A DNA stretch of 64,000 nt from Octopus sinensis (Eukaryota). Both the position numbers and the translations under genes were made by a program. Under the pieces are notes generated by a model, which ran no database searches, was not told where the DNA came from, and saw nothing but the letters and a program-made list of their open reading frames with translations. The stretch covers positions 10,230,001 through 10,294,000 of the forward strand of contig NC_043012.1 in the NCBI RefSeq assembly GCF_006345805.1, given 5' to 3'. Below are positions 25,769-37,862 of the stretch, one piece after another (within the stretch, counting starts at the first letter, position 1; every line of letters starts with the position of its first letter).

Positions 25769-26164
25769 TCTTTATATATAAAAGAGAGGTTGTGTGCTGT
25801 CTGTTTCCTACGATTTAGATTCCTAACTACTCCCACATTTTGCGGTGCAGTTTAACCAAAACCGGGTATCTTATAGTCGTGATTCATATCGAACCCTTCT
25901 GGGTATTAGCGCGCGTCTACGATGAGCCTACGATTTAAAAAAAAATTACCATCAATTTTTCCCATTTTTAATGCATTTTTGGCATATATTAGGGAAGTAA
26001 CTCTCTAAAAATTTATTATTAAATCCCAGAACGTAAAAAGCTAGAGTAACACCCCCCCATTTGTGGTTAGCCATATTGAGATGGCTATTATACTTTACAT
26101 CTCTAAAAATGCTTATATAGTTATTTCCCTTACAAACTCGAGCAACGCCGGGCGATACTGCTAG
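25769..26164 (+). mobile_element. Non-autonomous Helitron
   Basis: 5' a|TCtttatatataaaa; subterminal GC hairpin ctcgagcaacgccggg (26137-26152); 3' CTAG at 26161-26164; no TSD. The following base is A rather than the canonical T. Confidence 0.8.
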
Positions 26165-27260
26165 ATTAGAATAAAAATATACGCCATCATTTCTCACTTT
26201 TGTTTGCGCACCTATACGATTTATTTGCTGACTTTTATAAAGATGACTCACCAGTCATTTATCAGACAGTATCTTTGATTGAAAAGGCTCAGAATAAAAT
26301 CGAAACAACAAGGTGTCCATCATCACGAACAAAAAAATACCGTTAATGTATTTCATTAAATGTATCTGATTGTTTTCGTTGATTGCTTTCTCAATTCAAA
26401 TAAGTGCGTTTCTCAGTATAGTTGCAATGTCTTTGCTACATATAACACTATATATAATATTTAGCTTTGGCCCTAGAGTGTTGGACTTTTTTCAAAGTGG
26501 CATGGGTCTGATTCCTGGATCGGGTGACGCGTTATGTTCCTGTGCCAGGGAGCTTCATTTCATGTTATCTTGTTTAATCTGTACCAACCAAGTCCTTCCA
26601 ACTGCCATATCCGAAATGTTCTGCTGTATCAAAGGTGAACAGGTCAAGAGGGTACCTATGCCCGCTCAAGACTAAACAGGCACCCCAAAACTATTAGCGA
26701 AATTATATATCATTTTATCAAGACGGGATGTAACAACTGGACGTTCTTCCTAGTTCAGAATCTTTTGAGTATTTCTTTGGTGTTCATATTCATCTTATGA
26801 TCTGTACAGTGTTTCCAAATATCGACTATAAAAAACTATTCATCTTACATATAGTGTTGTTAACTTCCTTTGTTCTGTTTGTTGTTGTTGTTTTTGTTGT
26901 TTTTTTTCTGTTTTAGTTTACTCTCGGTTTGAGGTTAGCGTTCACTCCTATTGAACCTGCTCTGTTTTGATCTACTCGAGACGACATTCTTCTCAACGAT
27001 TCTAAATTAAACATATACCTACGCTGGTTTTGCATGACCTGATATGGAGTAAATTGCTGTGTCCAAGTCGTTCGGGGTCAGTTCATGTCAAATGATGTAT
27101 CTGTAGTTGTTATTTCCTGATTAAAAAAGAAAAAAAATACTACTCTTGTACTACTTCAAAAAAACCCACATGTCTTAAGTTCATTCCAAGAAAGGAATAA
27201 CGTTCTAACACGAAGAATTGTGCTCAGTAGCTCGTGCGGCGCCTGAAACGGTAAATCTAA

Positions 27261-27495
27261 AAGGCGGCCAGCTGGCAGAAACGTTAGCGCGCCGGGCGAA
27301 ATGCTTAGCGGTATTTCGTCTGTCGTTACGTTCTGAGTTCAAATTCCACCGGGGTCGACTTTGCCTTTCATCCTCTCGGGGTCGATAAATAAAGTACCAT
27401 TTACGCCTTGGGGTCGATGTAATCGACTTAATACCTATGTCTGTCCTTGTTTGTCCCCTCTGTGTTTAGCCCCTTGTGGGTAATAAAGAAATAGG
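27261..27495 (+). mobile_element. Near-intact family-B SINE
   Basis: aaggcggccagctggcagaaacgttagc (A-box-like), gagttcaaattcc (B-box-like); body and tail match 8737-8965. Confidence 0.9.
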
Positions 27496-27984
27496 TAAAT
27501 CTAACACGGATGTTGAGTAGTGAGAGTTCTCAGCTCTGCATGTCTGGACGAAAGTTCCTGCTTTCTTCATTGATGTGTGAGGATACTGCAATGATGCAAG
27601 ATAAGTCTGTGAATAGCTCGCGTAGTGGTTGTGGCAGATGAGTTTCTGGAGGAGAAAACATTGAGGTCGACTTTCTGAGATATGTACATGAGCTTGAGCA
27701 TGTGTGTGTATGTGTGTGTACTTGTTCACTTGTGTGTGTGATTAATTGTTTAAAGTGCGTTTCCTCGTGATTATTTTAAGTTACATCTTATCGATTCACT
27801 TTAAAACCATATTTTTTTGGCATTTTAAAGCTTCCATCGCAATTAAAAGATTTCTAACAGTTTTAAAGTATTGTAGCTTGATTGAATCATCTATTAGGGG
27901 AATTCATACATTTGGCATAGGTTTATGTGTGTGTGCATGTGTGTGAGCGCGCGTGTTTATGTATATATGTATGTGTGTATGTCT

Positions 27985-28216
27985 TTCTGTCTCAGTTTGC
28001 ACCCCCCCCCATTACCGCTTGACAACCTGTGATGCTGCGTTTAGGTCACGTAACTTAGCGGTTCGGCAAAAAGAGAACGATAGAATAAGTACTAGGCTTA
28101 AGAAATAAGTCATGGGTCGATTTCTTGGACTAAAACCGTTCAAGGCGGTGCTCCAGCATGGCCGCAGTCAAATGACCGAAACAAGTAAAAGAATAAATGA
28201 ATAAATGAATAAAAGA

Positions 28217-28217
<1 letters not shown>
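27985..28217 (+). mobile_element. 3' half of a family-A SINE
   Basis: cgcttgacaacc...gtaacttagcggttcggcaaaa...ggcggtgctccagcatggccgcagtcaaatgaccgaaacaagtaaaagaat. Confidence 0.85.
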
Positions 28218-28248
<31 letters not shown>

Positions 28249-28292
28249 TATATATAACAAAGTGAAGTTGTAAGGTACCGCACGAGTGGAAT

Positions 28293-28560
28293 TATATATG
28301 AAAGAAGGTTTGAAAATGCAATTTTGAAGATGCTTATTCCCTTGACCGGTTTCCCTTTTTTAGAAAAAGATTGTCAAAAGTAACATGTAAACGCTTTGTC
28401 GTGTTATTATCACAGAATGCATATACGCATTGTAATATTTTGTGACAACCAGTACCTAACACAACAAAGCTTTTACATGTTACTTTTGACAATCTTTTTC
28501 TAAAAAAGTGAAACCAGTCAAGTGAATAAACATATCTTAAAATTGCATTTTCAAACATTC

Positions 28561-28570
<10 letters not shown>
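28293..28570. mobile_element. (TA)n-embedded palindromic element with ~114-bp inverted arms
   Basis: Arms 28293-28406 and 28457-28570 (e.g. tagaaaaagattgtcaaaagtaacatgtaaa vs tttacatgttacttttgacaatctttttcta). Each arm carries GAAACC(G/A)GTC. Confidence 0.85.
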
Positions 28571-28611
<41 letters not shown>

Positions 28612-28612
<1 letters not shown>

Positions 28613-28827
28613 GTTAATCCTAACAAGAAAACACAAAAAAAACAAAAAAAAACACAACAACTCGAGGACGTGGAACAAATAAAGTATTGTTGGACGCTCA
28701 GGAAAGAAGGGAAGAAGGAGGGTTTAACATTTCGAGCGGGGCTCTTCGTCGGAAACATAGGAGAAGGAAAGATCCCGAGAAGGGAAGACAGAGGAAAAAA
28801 ATCGCCAGCGGTACTCACGAGGTCACA
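28612..28827 (-). mobile_element. (TA)n-flanked short element resembling a Penelope-like solo pLTR
   Basis: About 215 bp of unique sequence between TA tracts, carrying the hammerhead motif at 28722-28756. Confidence 0.7.
28722..28756 (-). ncRNA. Minimal type-I hammerhead ribozyme motif (U4C core variant)
   Basis: GTTT-CCGACGA-A-GAGC-CCC-GCTC-GAAA-TGTT-AAAC: stem I GTTT/AAAC, stem II GAGC/GCTC, loopless stem III (ATGT, one change from palindromic ACGT). Activity not shown. Confidence 0.7.
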
Positions 28828-30555
28828 TATATATATACATATATCATATATGATTAAAAAATCTGTCAGATATCAATAAAGCACTCATTTTTGAAAAGAA
28901 TCTGGTTACACATGTTCAAAATTACATACCAGTAAATGTAAGTAGAATGCATATTCCAGGTAAATCCTCATGCATAACAGGTCTTACACACACACATGTA
29001 CACGCACATATACACACACGCCCACCTGCTTCTATGTTTGTGTGTGCCCGTGTGTATATGTGTATTAAATAATTTGTTATTTAAGGAAGAATAAGCTGCA
29101 ATGTACACATGCACACACATATAACTATTCTGTATTTGAGCGTGTATGCGTACTAACGTTAACTTCCTCCGTCTTACTGGTTTTAATATGAAATCCTTGA
29201 TAATCCAGAGAGGTGTCGTTTCCTATTAGTTCAGTAATATCATTTGTAATAACGAGAAATTGAATACAAGCTTTTACCCCTCTTATAGGACGACGCCCAC
29301 CTGTTCGAATGTGTCTTTCTTGTCGGATTTGAGTATAATTTGGAATGACGTATGATCTATGATCTGAATTATTGTTTGCCTGAATTAAACTTCGTGAAAC
29401 TCAGGTATCATAGGAAATATTTTAGCTAGATATAAATTTTCTAATGCTGCTAATGATGTAAAGCATATTCTAAAATTTTTACTGTCTTTTTAACAATTAT
29501 TTTGTACATGAGCTTACGTGTATGTGAAGTGTACCGGAGCGTGTTTTATTAAAAATATTTTCTCAATGAACATTTGTTATTTGGAATTGAGATACTAACG
29601 GCACTTTGTTGAATTTTACGGTACTTCCGCTGTACGTAACTTCCATTTCACTTGGTAGAAAATCATGTTACATTCTCTGACGTCGTTCACGCCTGTTTTG
29701 GGTGATGTTTCTGTGTGGTGAGATTACATTCTTCGTTTGTATGTCTTGTGTATTAAATAATTTGTAATTTAATGAAGAATTAGCTGCAATGTCTTTCAGG
29801 ATGAACGTACCGTCGGTATTTCATATAGATGATATAATTAACAATGTGTGAAAATACACAATGAATATACTCAAAGATGTTATGTGTATAGATTCTGTCA
29901 TAAATAGACTAAACACTCAAAGATAAAACGGTTGCTTCTTCCCAGCATCCATTCATTCTCAGAATGTTTAATGCAGTATGCTCCATTAAACACTTTTTAT
30001 GGTTTCACTTGAAAAATCTTTTTTTTCTACGCAACAAAAAAATATCTCTTCAATCTCATCCTGATTCATTTTCTTAATGGTCGAGATTTTTCATTATTAT
30101 TTCATGCTGTACATTATTTTCACACTGATCTTCTTTTAGCCACACTTACCAATTGTTACAGCATGTTGTTCTTTTTGATCCATGTTTTTATATTAGCTTC
30201 TGAGTTTTTTCACAGCTTCTGTTATTTCATAGCATTTTCTTTAAAACTACGCTGTCCTCTCCATTTTGTATCAAACAGTGATCTGTTTATTTCGTTTTCT
30301 CGATATTTTAATATTTTCCCATTACTTCAAATAATTTTGCTTACAATGCATATTGTATAAAGATTTTCAATTAACATAAGAACTTCTTTTTTCTCTCTAT
30401 TCGTTGGTAACTATACTTTTCTTCGAAGCCAGATTTTAGTGGCTATGCTCTAACTACAGTCTTCGGATTTCTTGTTTATCTACTGAGTTTTCGTGGTTAG
30501 TTTAGGCTGCACTTGACGTTAATATAACAAGAAAGTGTTAGAGGAACACCTAGAG

Positions 30556-30861
30556 TAGGTCTTTTCAACCGGGTTCCATATGGACCTTGGTAGACCATAT
30601 AATACTTTTGAGGTTAGAGAGATGCAATATAGTAAATTGGGGTCCACAATTCTATTTCAGAGGCCATGAAAACATTGTGTTTCAGACCAGAAAAATTTAT
30701 GCAGAATAAATTTGTTATATCAACAATAAACAAAATATTTTCAGAATATTTATACAAATCATAATAATGTTTAATTATAAAAACATCGAGTGCCTATGGG
30801 CTCTATCCGAGTAGATTAAGAATCAAAGTTGTCCATAAGTAAAAATGGTTGAGAACCGCCG
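30556..30861. mobile_element. Decayed hAT/Charlie-like MITE
   Basis: Ends taggtcttttcaacc and ggttgagaaccgccg resemble CAGTGGTTCTCAAC-type TIRs; internal gtccata near both ends; left flank acctagag. Confidence 0.55.
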
Positions 30862-31192
30862 TCATCAGTTATGTCTTGCATTTAGCACTGTTTTCAATAT
30901 GAAGCAAATTTGTTTTTGATGTCCTTTCATAAATATTCTTCTTTGTCATGTTTGATGTCTTTTGTCTAAAGTAGATTTTCAGTATTTATAACTGTCTTTC
31001 GTCAAACCGTCCATTTTTACTCTGTACTTGTCTAACATGTCATTTGTATTCTTACTCAACTTCTCTCTTTTCTTCATGCACTTTCATAATTCTAAAACCA
31101 ACATTGGTATTCTTTAAAATATTGTTCTATCGTTACATGTCAAACTTGTTCCACTGGACACTATTTTTAAACTATGAAACATTTCTCTTCCT
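30780..31192 (+). repeat. Diverged local duplication, copy 1 (paralogue at 36162-36548)
   Basis: Long shared words such as cttcatgcactttcataattctaaaacca, ttctatcgttacatgtcaaactt and tttttaaactatgaaacatttctcttcct. Confidence 0.9.
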
Positions 31193-31350
31193 CGGTTGAT
31201 AGCATTTCCATTAAAGAACAAACTCGGCTTCCAGAAATGTTTCGTTCCATTTGTCTTTTTCTTAATGGATGTTGGGGTTCTTGTCTTCCTTGTTAATAAT
31301 GGTTGTGATGTTAATGGCAATGATATAATGACAATAATATTACGAAAACT

Positions 31351-31565
31351 AAGGTGGCGAGCTGGCGGAAACGTTAGCACTTCGGGAAAAATTCTTAACA
31401 GTATTTCGTTTGTCTTTACGTTCTGAGTTCAAATTCCGCCATGGTCGACTTTGCCTTTCATCCTTTCGGGGTCCATAATTAAGTACCAGTTCCGGGCTGC
31501 GCTCGATCTAATCGACTGCCCCACCCTTCCCCAAAATTTCCGGCCTTGTGTCTAGAGTAGAAAAG
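31351..31565 (+). mobile_element. Family-B SINE with a perfect 18-bp TSD
   Basis: aaggtggcgagctggcggaaacgttagc...gagttcaaattccgcc; TSD aataatattacgaaaact at 31333-31350 and 31566-31583. Confidence 0.92.
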
Positions 31566-32354
31566 AATAATATTACGAAAACTGATCATAAAACACAAAA
31601 CCTTTTTTTTTAATGGTTTTAACAATCTGAAAGTTGTCTTCTCAATCCTGGTAAAAAAAATCTGTTGAATACATTCGCACATTATCATGATAACCATATC
31701 ATAGATGACCCAAGTAGCTTCAGTAAAAAACCCAAATAAAACTTCAGTATTGAAGAGAGACATTTCACTACTAAATAAGATCGATTAAATTCTATTTAAG
31801 CATTCAGTCAAGTGATCAACTGTGCTATATATGCTTTAAATTAACTTCGAAGTGGTTGAGAATGCGTCAAGCACTTATAATAAGTCAATCTCCGATCTTG
31901 AAATCGCAGATACACTCTACAAGATTAGTTTCCTTAAACCTTTGAGTCCGTAACTGTGGTTTACTGATGGATTGCTTATTTTTCTTTATACCTTAGTACC
32001 ACCCTACCGGTGCAGTACTTCAGGAGGTCAGGTATATGATCAAATAAGTTTCATGGCTCAAAGCGTTAAGAATGTCCATTCACCTACATTCTTTTACTTC
32101 GGCTGACTTGAGATTTTGCCGCGGGTGAAAATTTCTAAAGTCGAACGTACAAAATATTATTACTACGATGTTACCTTCCTAACCAATGCCCCACTGGATC
32201 TCGAAGACGGCAGGGTACAATGTAAAGTAGATTTAGCTGTATTTTCTGTAGCAGAGCTAGTGTCTAGGTTGAAGCTATTTGGTTCGTCTAAAATTAAGAT
32301 TTGAATATCAATGTAGAACAATTGAGAGAAGAAAAATCGTACTATTGCGATATA

Positions 32355-32753
32355 GTTGTTGTTGCTGTTTGTTTGTTTGTTTGTTGAGCGAAGCGGTCTT
32401 CATCCCAGAACTCGCAACATCGCGCCTCAGGATTATCTTTAGAAGTCCGAAACGTGATCCTTTGCTATTCATAAGACCCGCAGAAGAGAAAGCAGGTCAA
32501 CCCCCAACACTGAGAGCATCGACGGATGGATGAATGCGCATCCAGACTCAGCGTTTGCGTAGGAAGTCGGGGACAAGAAACAGGAAGAAAGAGTGAGAGA
32601 AAGTTGGAGCGAAAGAATACACCTGCCGGAGCATCCTGGAGCTTTAGGTGTTTTCGCTCAATAAACACACACAACCCCTGGTCTGGGAATCGAAACCGCG
32701 ATCCTCTGACCGCGAGTCCGCTTGCCCTAACGACTGGGCCATTGCGCCTCCAC
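32355..32753 (-). mobile_element. Family-C SINE with an alternative 3' tail
   Basis: The head and body (32575-32753) match 20455-20651; the remainder is unrelated and ends in (AAAC)n/(AAC)n on the minus strand. Confidence 0.85.
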
Positions 32754-33323
32754 TGTTGTTGCGGTTGCTTTTACTGTTGCTGTCAGTATAGTTATTAATG
32801 CTTTTGTTGTTGCGGCTGTAGTTTAGACTAGAATCAATGTTTATGCTAGTGCTGTGTACATTATCAACAAACAACCTCAAAGTAAATTGCCTAAACGAAC
32901 TATATCTACTTAACTCTAAATACCCACTTTCATTCTTCTGCTGCCCAGTCTATTTTATCTCTCTAATTTACATCATTCTCTGCATTTAACTTTTGAGCTT
33001 TATCAAAATGTACCATAGTATCATAATTCAGAAAAAAAAAAAAGGAAAGATATTCGACTTTTCCATTTCTTCGCGTTCCGGCTGTTCTTGCTACTGTTAT
33101 TGTTGTTGCTGTTGTTGATATCTGAATCTGTTGTTTGTATGCTCGCAATACAATTTGCCATCTTAATATTATGTTCTTCTTGTGTTGTAATTCGATTTGT
33201 TCTTTATCTATTAATATAGCCAGGCGATTTGCCAATGTGAGAAATCGATAAATTTTTCAGAAAGGAATTTCTTGAGAATTTACTTTCTTTCTCTTTGTTT
33301 TATTCATTTCATCTGCAATTCAA

Positions 33324-33362
<39 letters not shown>

Positions 33363-33381
33363 ATTATTATTATTATTATTA

Positions 33382-33446
<65 letters not shown>

Positions 33447-33509
33447 GTTATTATCATTATTATTTTATTATTATTATTATTATTATTATTATCATTATTA
33501 TTATTATTA

Positions 33510-33546
<37 letters not shown>

Positions 33547-33880
33547 CATTATTATTATTATTATTATTATCATTATTATTATTATTATTATTATTAAAGC
33601 AATTTCCTTTAGGCAAGGCAGTCATCTATCTTTCAGGTTATGTATATTTTGCACATGTATAGAAAATATTACATCTTGATGATCAAAATCTGACATCGCA
33701 ATTCACAAACCAGGTTCTTCATGTACATTTAGTGTCCTCGCCATCCTTCTCCCCCCATGCCCTTCGACTATTACAACAATAAAAACAACAACAGCAAATA
33801 ATAACAACAACAACAACAACAACAACAACACCAACAACAACAACAAAAACAAAAACAACAACAACAATAATAATAATAAT

Positions 33881-33914
<34 letters not shown>

Positions 33915-33940
33915 TAATAATAATAATAATAATAATCATA
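33324..33940. repeat. (ATT)n tract 33324-33597 and opposite-sense (AAC)n/(AAT)n tract 33770-33940
   Basis: Directly visible; source of the poly-L/Y/I/N ORFs. Confidence 0.95.
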
Positions 33941-34454
33941 ATGTGATTATATGCTATGCTGGCATATGATAAGTGCAGGTAGATAGAATGCAGATGGTTT
34001 TTGGTGTAAGAAGAAACACTCTATATTTATGGTAATGAACTGTATAGCATTACTATTATTAAAAGTAAGAGATTTTTATAACTTTGGTAGTATTCCTAAC
34101 TGTTTAGCTCAAATGATTCTACTTTCACTTTCAGCCTGCTGCGGTGTAAGGTAAAAAACGCCAGAAGAGATATATCATGTTCTGTTAAGAGTACAACCCA
34201 TCCCCAATGCTAAAATGCCTATCATTAATATGCCATTACAGAAATACTAGCATTACTGTTTGTAGAATATTACTTTCAGCACCTGTTCTCTGTTGTTCAG
34301 GCCAGGAGCGTGTCGAGGGTAGAGATGTAGCATCCTACCACTACCATGATACAAAGGTAATTATAATCGTGTGGAGTGGGAGATGTGTAGACCGATATAC
34401 TAAGACTTTGTCTACGCAGAATTGTAAACATAGGCATAACGCACAGTAAACCAC

Positions 34455-34725
34455 ATATTCACACACGGCAGAGAAAACATTAACACACCAACACCTGTTG
34501 TGAAGTTGTGGTGCGGGACAAACCCCGACACAAACACACACACGCACACACGCACCCACACACATACATACGTAGGGCATTTTCCAGTTTCCGTCTACCA
34601 AATCCAGGCCCAAATCTTTGGTCCGCTCGAAGCTTTAGTAAAAGACATTTGCCCAAGGTGCCACGTAGTGTGACTGAACCGGGAACAATGTGGCTGGAAA
34701 GCAAATTGTTACAACTAAGCCGGCA
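34455..34725 (-). mobile_element. Decayed family-A SINE
   Basis: cagtttccgtctaccaaatcca...gcccaaggtgccacgtagtgtgactgaacc matches 4363-4460. Confidence 0.75.
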
Positions 34726-36161
34726 CCAATGACAGAAAGAAATCCTTAATACCCGTTGTACACTGTATTATGAATTAGGAGAAAATATGTAGCCCTGTGA
34801 TTAGTTTGCATAACTAGAAATCGTAAATAGTTTTCTACTGTTTGAAGTTTTAATGTCCTAGCATGCAACCTCTTCATATCTTGAGAAATACAGGATATGG
34901 AAAAAATTATTCATGGTGTTCATTGCTGAGTTTTAAATCAACTCTGATTGAAGGGACCGTTGACGGAATAGATTTCGCACGTGACCCTCTTGTCGATTTG
35001 TATTTGGAGAATATATTGTTGAACGTATCCTTCATTTCTAATAACGGTAGAACGTTACGCTTTTGTTTCTTTTCTCCTTTTCATTCTGAAGCTACATTGT
35101 CCGCTAGAGGCTCCTGCATTCAATCGTTATGGATTACTAGAGCCATGGTATATTCTGGGTATAATCATTGTACATAGAATATGATAATGATGGTTTAATT
35201 ATCAAGTGTATTTTTTACGCTTCAATTACGAAATGAAGTGTTGCTTCATTCATTTACAAATCACAAGTGACCTATTAATTATTTTAAAGCACAAATATTT
35301 ACAGTGAAGAGTAATTCGATTCAGTAAATCCCATATCTTTCTTATGCATTTAACATTAACGTCGGGAAGTGTCGATATTATTTTTACTGAGAACTGAGAG
35401 AGACAGACAGACAGACAGATAGACAGAGAGGTAGGGCGAAAAGTGGATTTAATTCACAAAATCTCGTGGCTTTGAATCACGTCTCTGCACCTGTTGTACA
35501 TAAAAACAAATCAGTTTACTAACTCAGCTCTCACTTTACACGAATTCTCACATCCACTTCTTCTCGTTTATCTTAAACCAGATGAGATTAATTAACGAGG
35601 CGTCATTAAGAATATCTCACAAGATTTCCTGTCACTAATTTTTGTGGACGCTGAAGACACATACACCTTTAGCATTCTGGTGTAATTGTTTCACAAAGAT
35701 TGATAATTGACTGTTAAATAAAATTAGACACTGAAAAGACTTGTTTTAGAGAAAAACTTCAAATACACATCTTTTTGAAATGAAGACAGTATTTTCCTTC
35801 AATAAAAATTTTGTAATGCTAAATAGAATTAGATATCATTTGTGTAGCTTTCCATAAAGTTGAAAACAAAATTCGTGAAGCCCATCTGTTTATATAATTA
35901 TTTGGTGATATGTAATTCTGTGTTTCGTTATCTTCAATGTACACATCACATATGACTTTCATGCTCACCATCCCTCTATTTTCAATGAAATAATCTACAC
36001 CAACAAGGCGCTTCCGTCAACTGAATCCAATAAATCATAGTTTATAAAAAACTAGTAGTGGTAGTATATCATTTGTAGTAGTTGTTGTTTGTCATAGTAT
36101 TACACATAAAAACTTATGACATGACATAGGCCTTGTGGTAGGAATCGTGATAGGGCAGAGA

Positions 36162-36548
36162 AAAACATCGAACTCGAGAAGATTAAGAATCAAATGTGTC
36201 CATAAGAAAAAAATGGTTGAGAACCTCCAAACTAGAGTTTTCAATCTGAAACGAATTTGTTTTTGATATTCCTTCCTAAATATTCTTTTTCGTGTTTGAT
36301 GTCTTTTGTCTACTAAAGTAGCTCTTCACTACTTATAACTGTTTTTCGTCAAACCCTCCATTTTTACTCTGTCCTTATCTAACATGACATTTGTATTCTC
36401 ATTCAACTTGTCTCTTTTCAAAGTTACCTTCATGCACTTTCATAATTCTAAAACCACTTTTGGTATTCTTTAAAATATTATTCTATCGTTACATGTCAAA
36501 CTTCTCCCATTACACACGGTTTTTAAACTATGAAACATTTCTCTTCCT
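36162..36548 (+). repeat. Diverged local duplication, copy 2 (paralogue at 30780-31192)
   Basis: Colinear with copy 1, including the right end of the hAT-like MITE (aaaaatggttgagaacc). Confidence 0.9.
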
Positions 36549-37436
36549 ATGGTCTTCCAAATAAGACGAATCACAGTCTTATATCGTTGAAAAGTCTGTG
36601 AATTCTTCATGTCTGCTTTCATTGCGAAGAAAGAAATAGTTTTGAAGATTACTATTTGAATTGGTGGCGAAATGCATGCAAATACATTAATGTGTGAGAC
36701 ATTGCTACCTTCTGTTGTCTCTTAAAACGCTTTCAATTATGCGAAGTAAGCATATGAAAACAGAAAGCATGGCAGTTTTTCATTCTCACTTTTAGGACTC
36801 ATTTCCATTGTAGAAATCTGTGGAATATCATTGTTCTAAAATTCGACAAGTTTTAGAAAACACCTGTTAAAATGAAGATAACACAGAATTTAACTACTTT
36901 TTTGCGCGTTTACTTTATTGTTTTAAAACTATTTTATCTTCACGCTTATCTTCTTGTCACTGATTACCCTACTAGTGAAACATCTCCAATCGTAACCCAT
37001 TTTCGGAATTATCGATTAATCAGTTACTGAAGTCATTCTTTTTTTTTTTAACTTGCAGCTAAATTAGTTACACGACCTTTGGAGGGGGGGAAATTACGAT
37101 GAAAATAAACAGCGGTTTCGATTATAAATCACAGCCACGTTGAAATGAGTATTAACGGGTACAGCGTATTGCTTGTAAAATAGGAATTTACTATTGCATA
37201 CGGTATGATATTTTTTTCAATTGTAAACAGCAATCCGATAAACGTTAGATATCATTTGATTTAACTGTTAAATTTTGCCTTGGTGACTTCATTAAGATGT
37301 AACATTTTGCATGATGCAGATTACATGATGATTATTAATACTATTATGATTCAATAGTCTTGTATATATATATATATATTTATATATATTAATTGCTTCA
37401 CCGCGCTTCCGATGGAAGCTCTGTGTCTTGGGTATG

Positions 37437-37675
37437 AGCTGGGTTTTGTTTTAGTGTTATTTCTTTTATATTGAAATTGCTCTATGCAGAACGAGTTTTG
37501 TGCTTAACAGTGCTATTTACTGTATATATATATATATTATATATATATATATATATAATATATATATAATATATATATATATATACATACAGTAAATAGC
37601 GCTGTTAAGCACAAAACTCGTTCTGCATAGAGCAATTGCAATATAAAAGAAATAACACTAAAACAAAACCCAGCT
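37437..37675. repeat. 88-bp near-perfect inverted repeat with a (TA)n spacer
   Basis: Arms 37437-37524 and 37588-37675; I count 2 mismatches. Confidence 0.92.
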
Positions 37676-37771
37676 GAGTAAAGAGTACAGTTTGTTATAT
37701 TTTGAGATATAAAAACCAATTCAGGGTTTCCTTCCTCGGGAATCGAGAAAGCTGGAAACAGAAAACAATCC

Positions 37772-37861
<90 letters not shown>

Positions 37862-37862
<1 letters not shown>

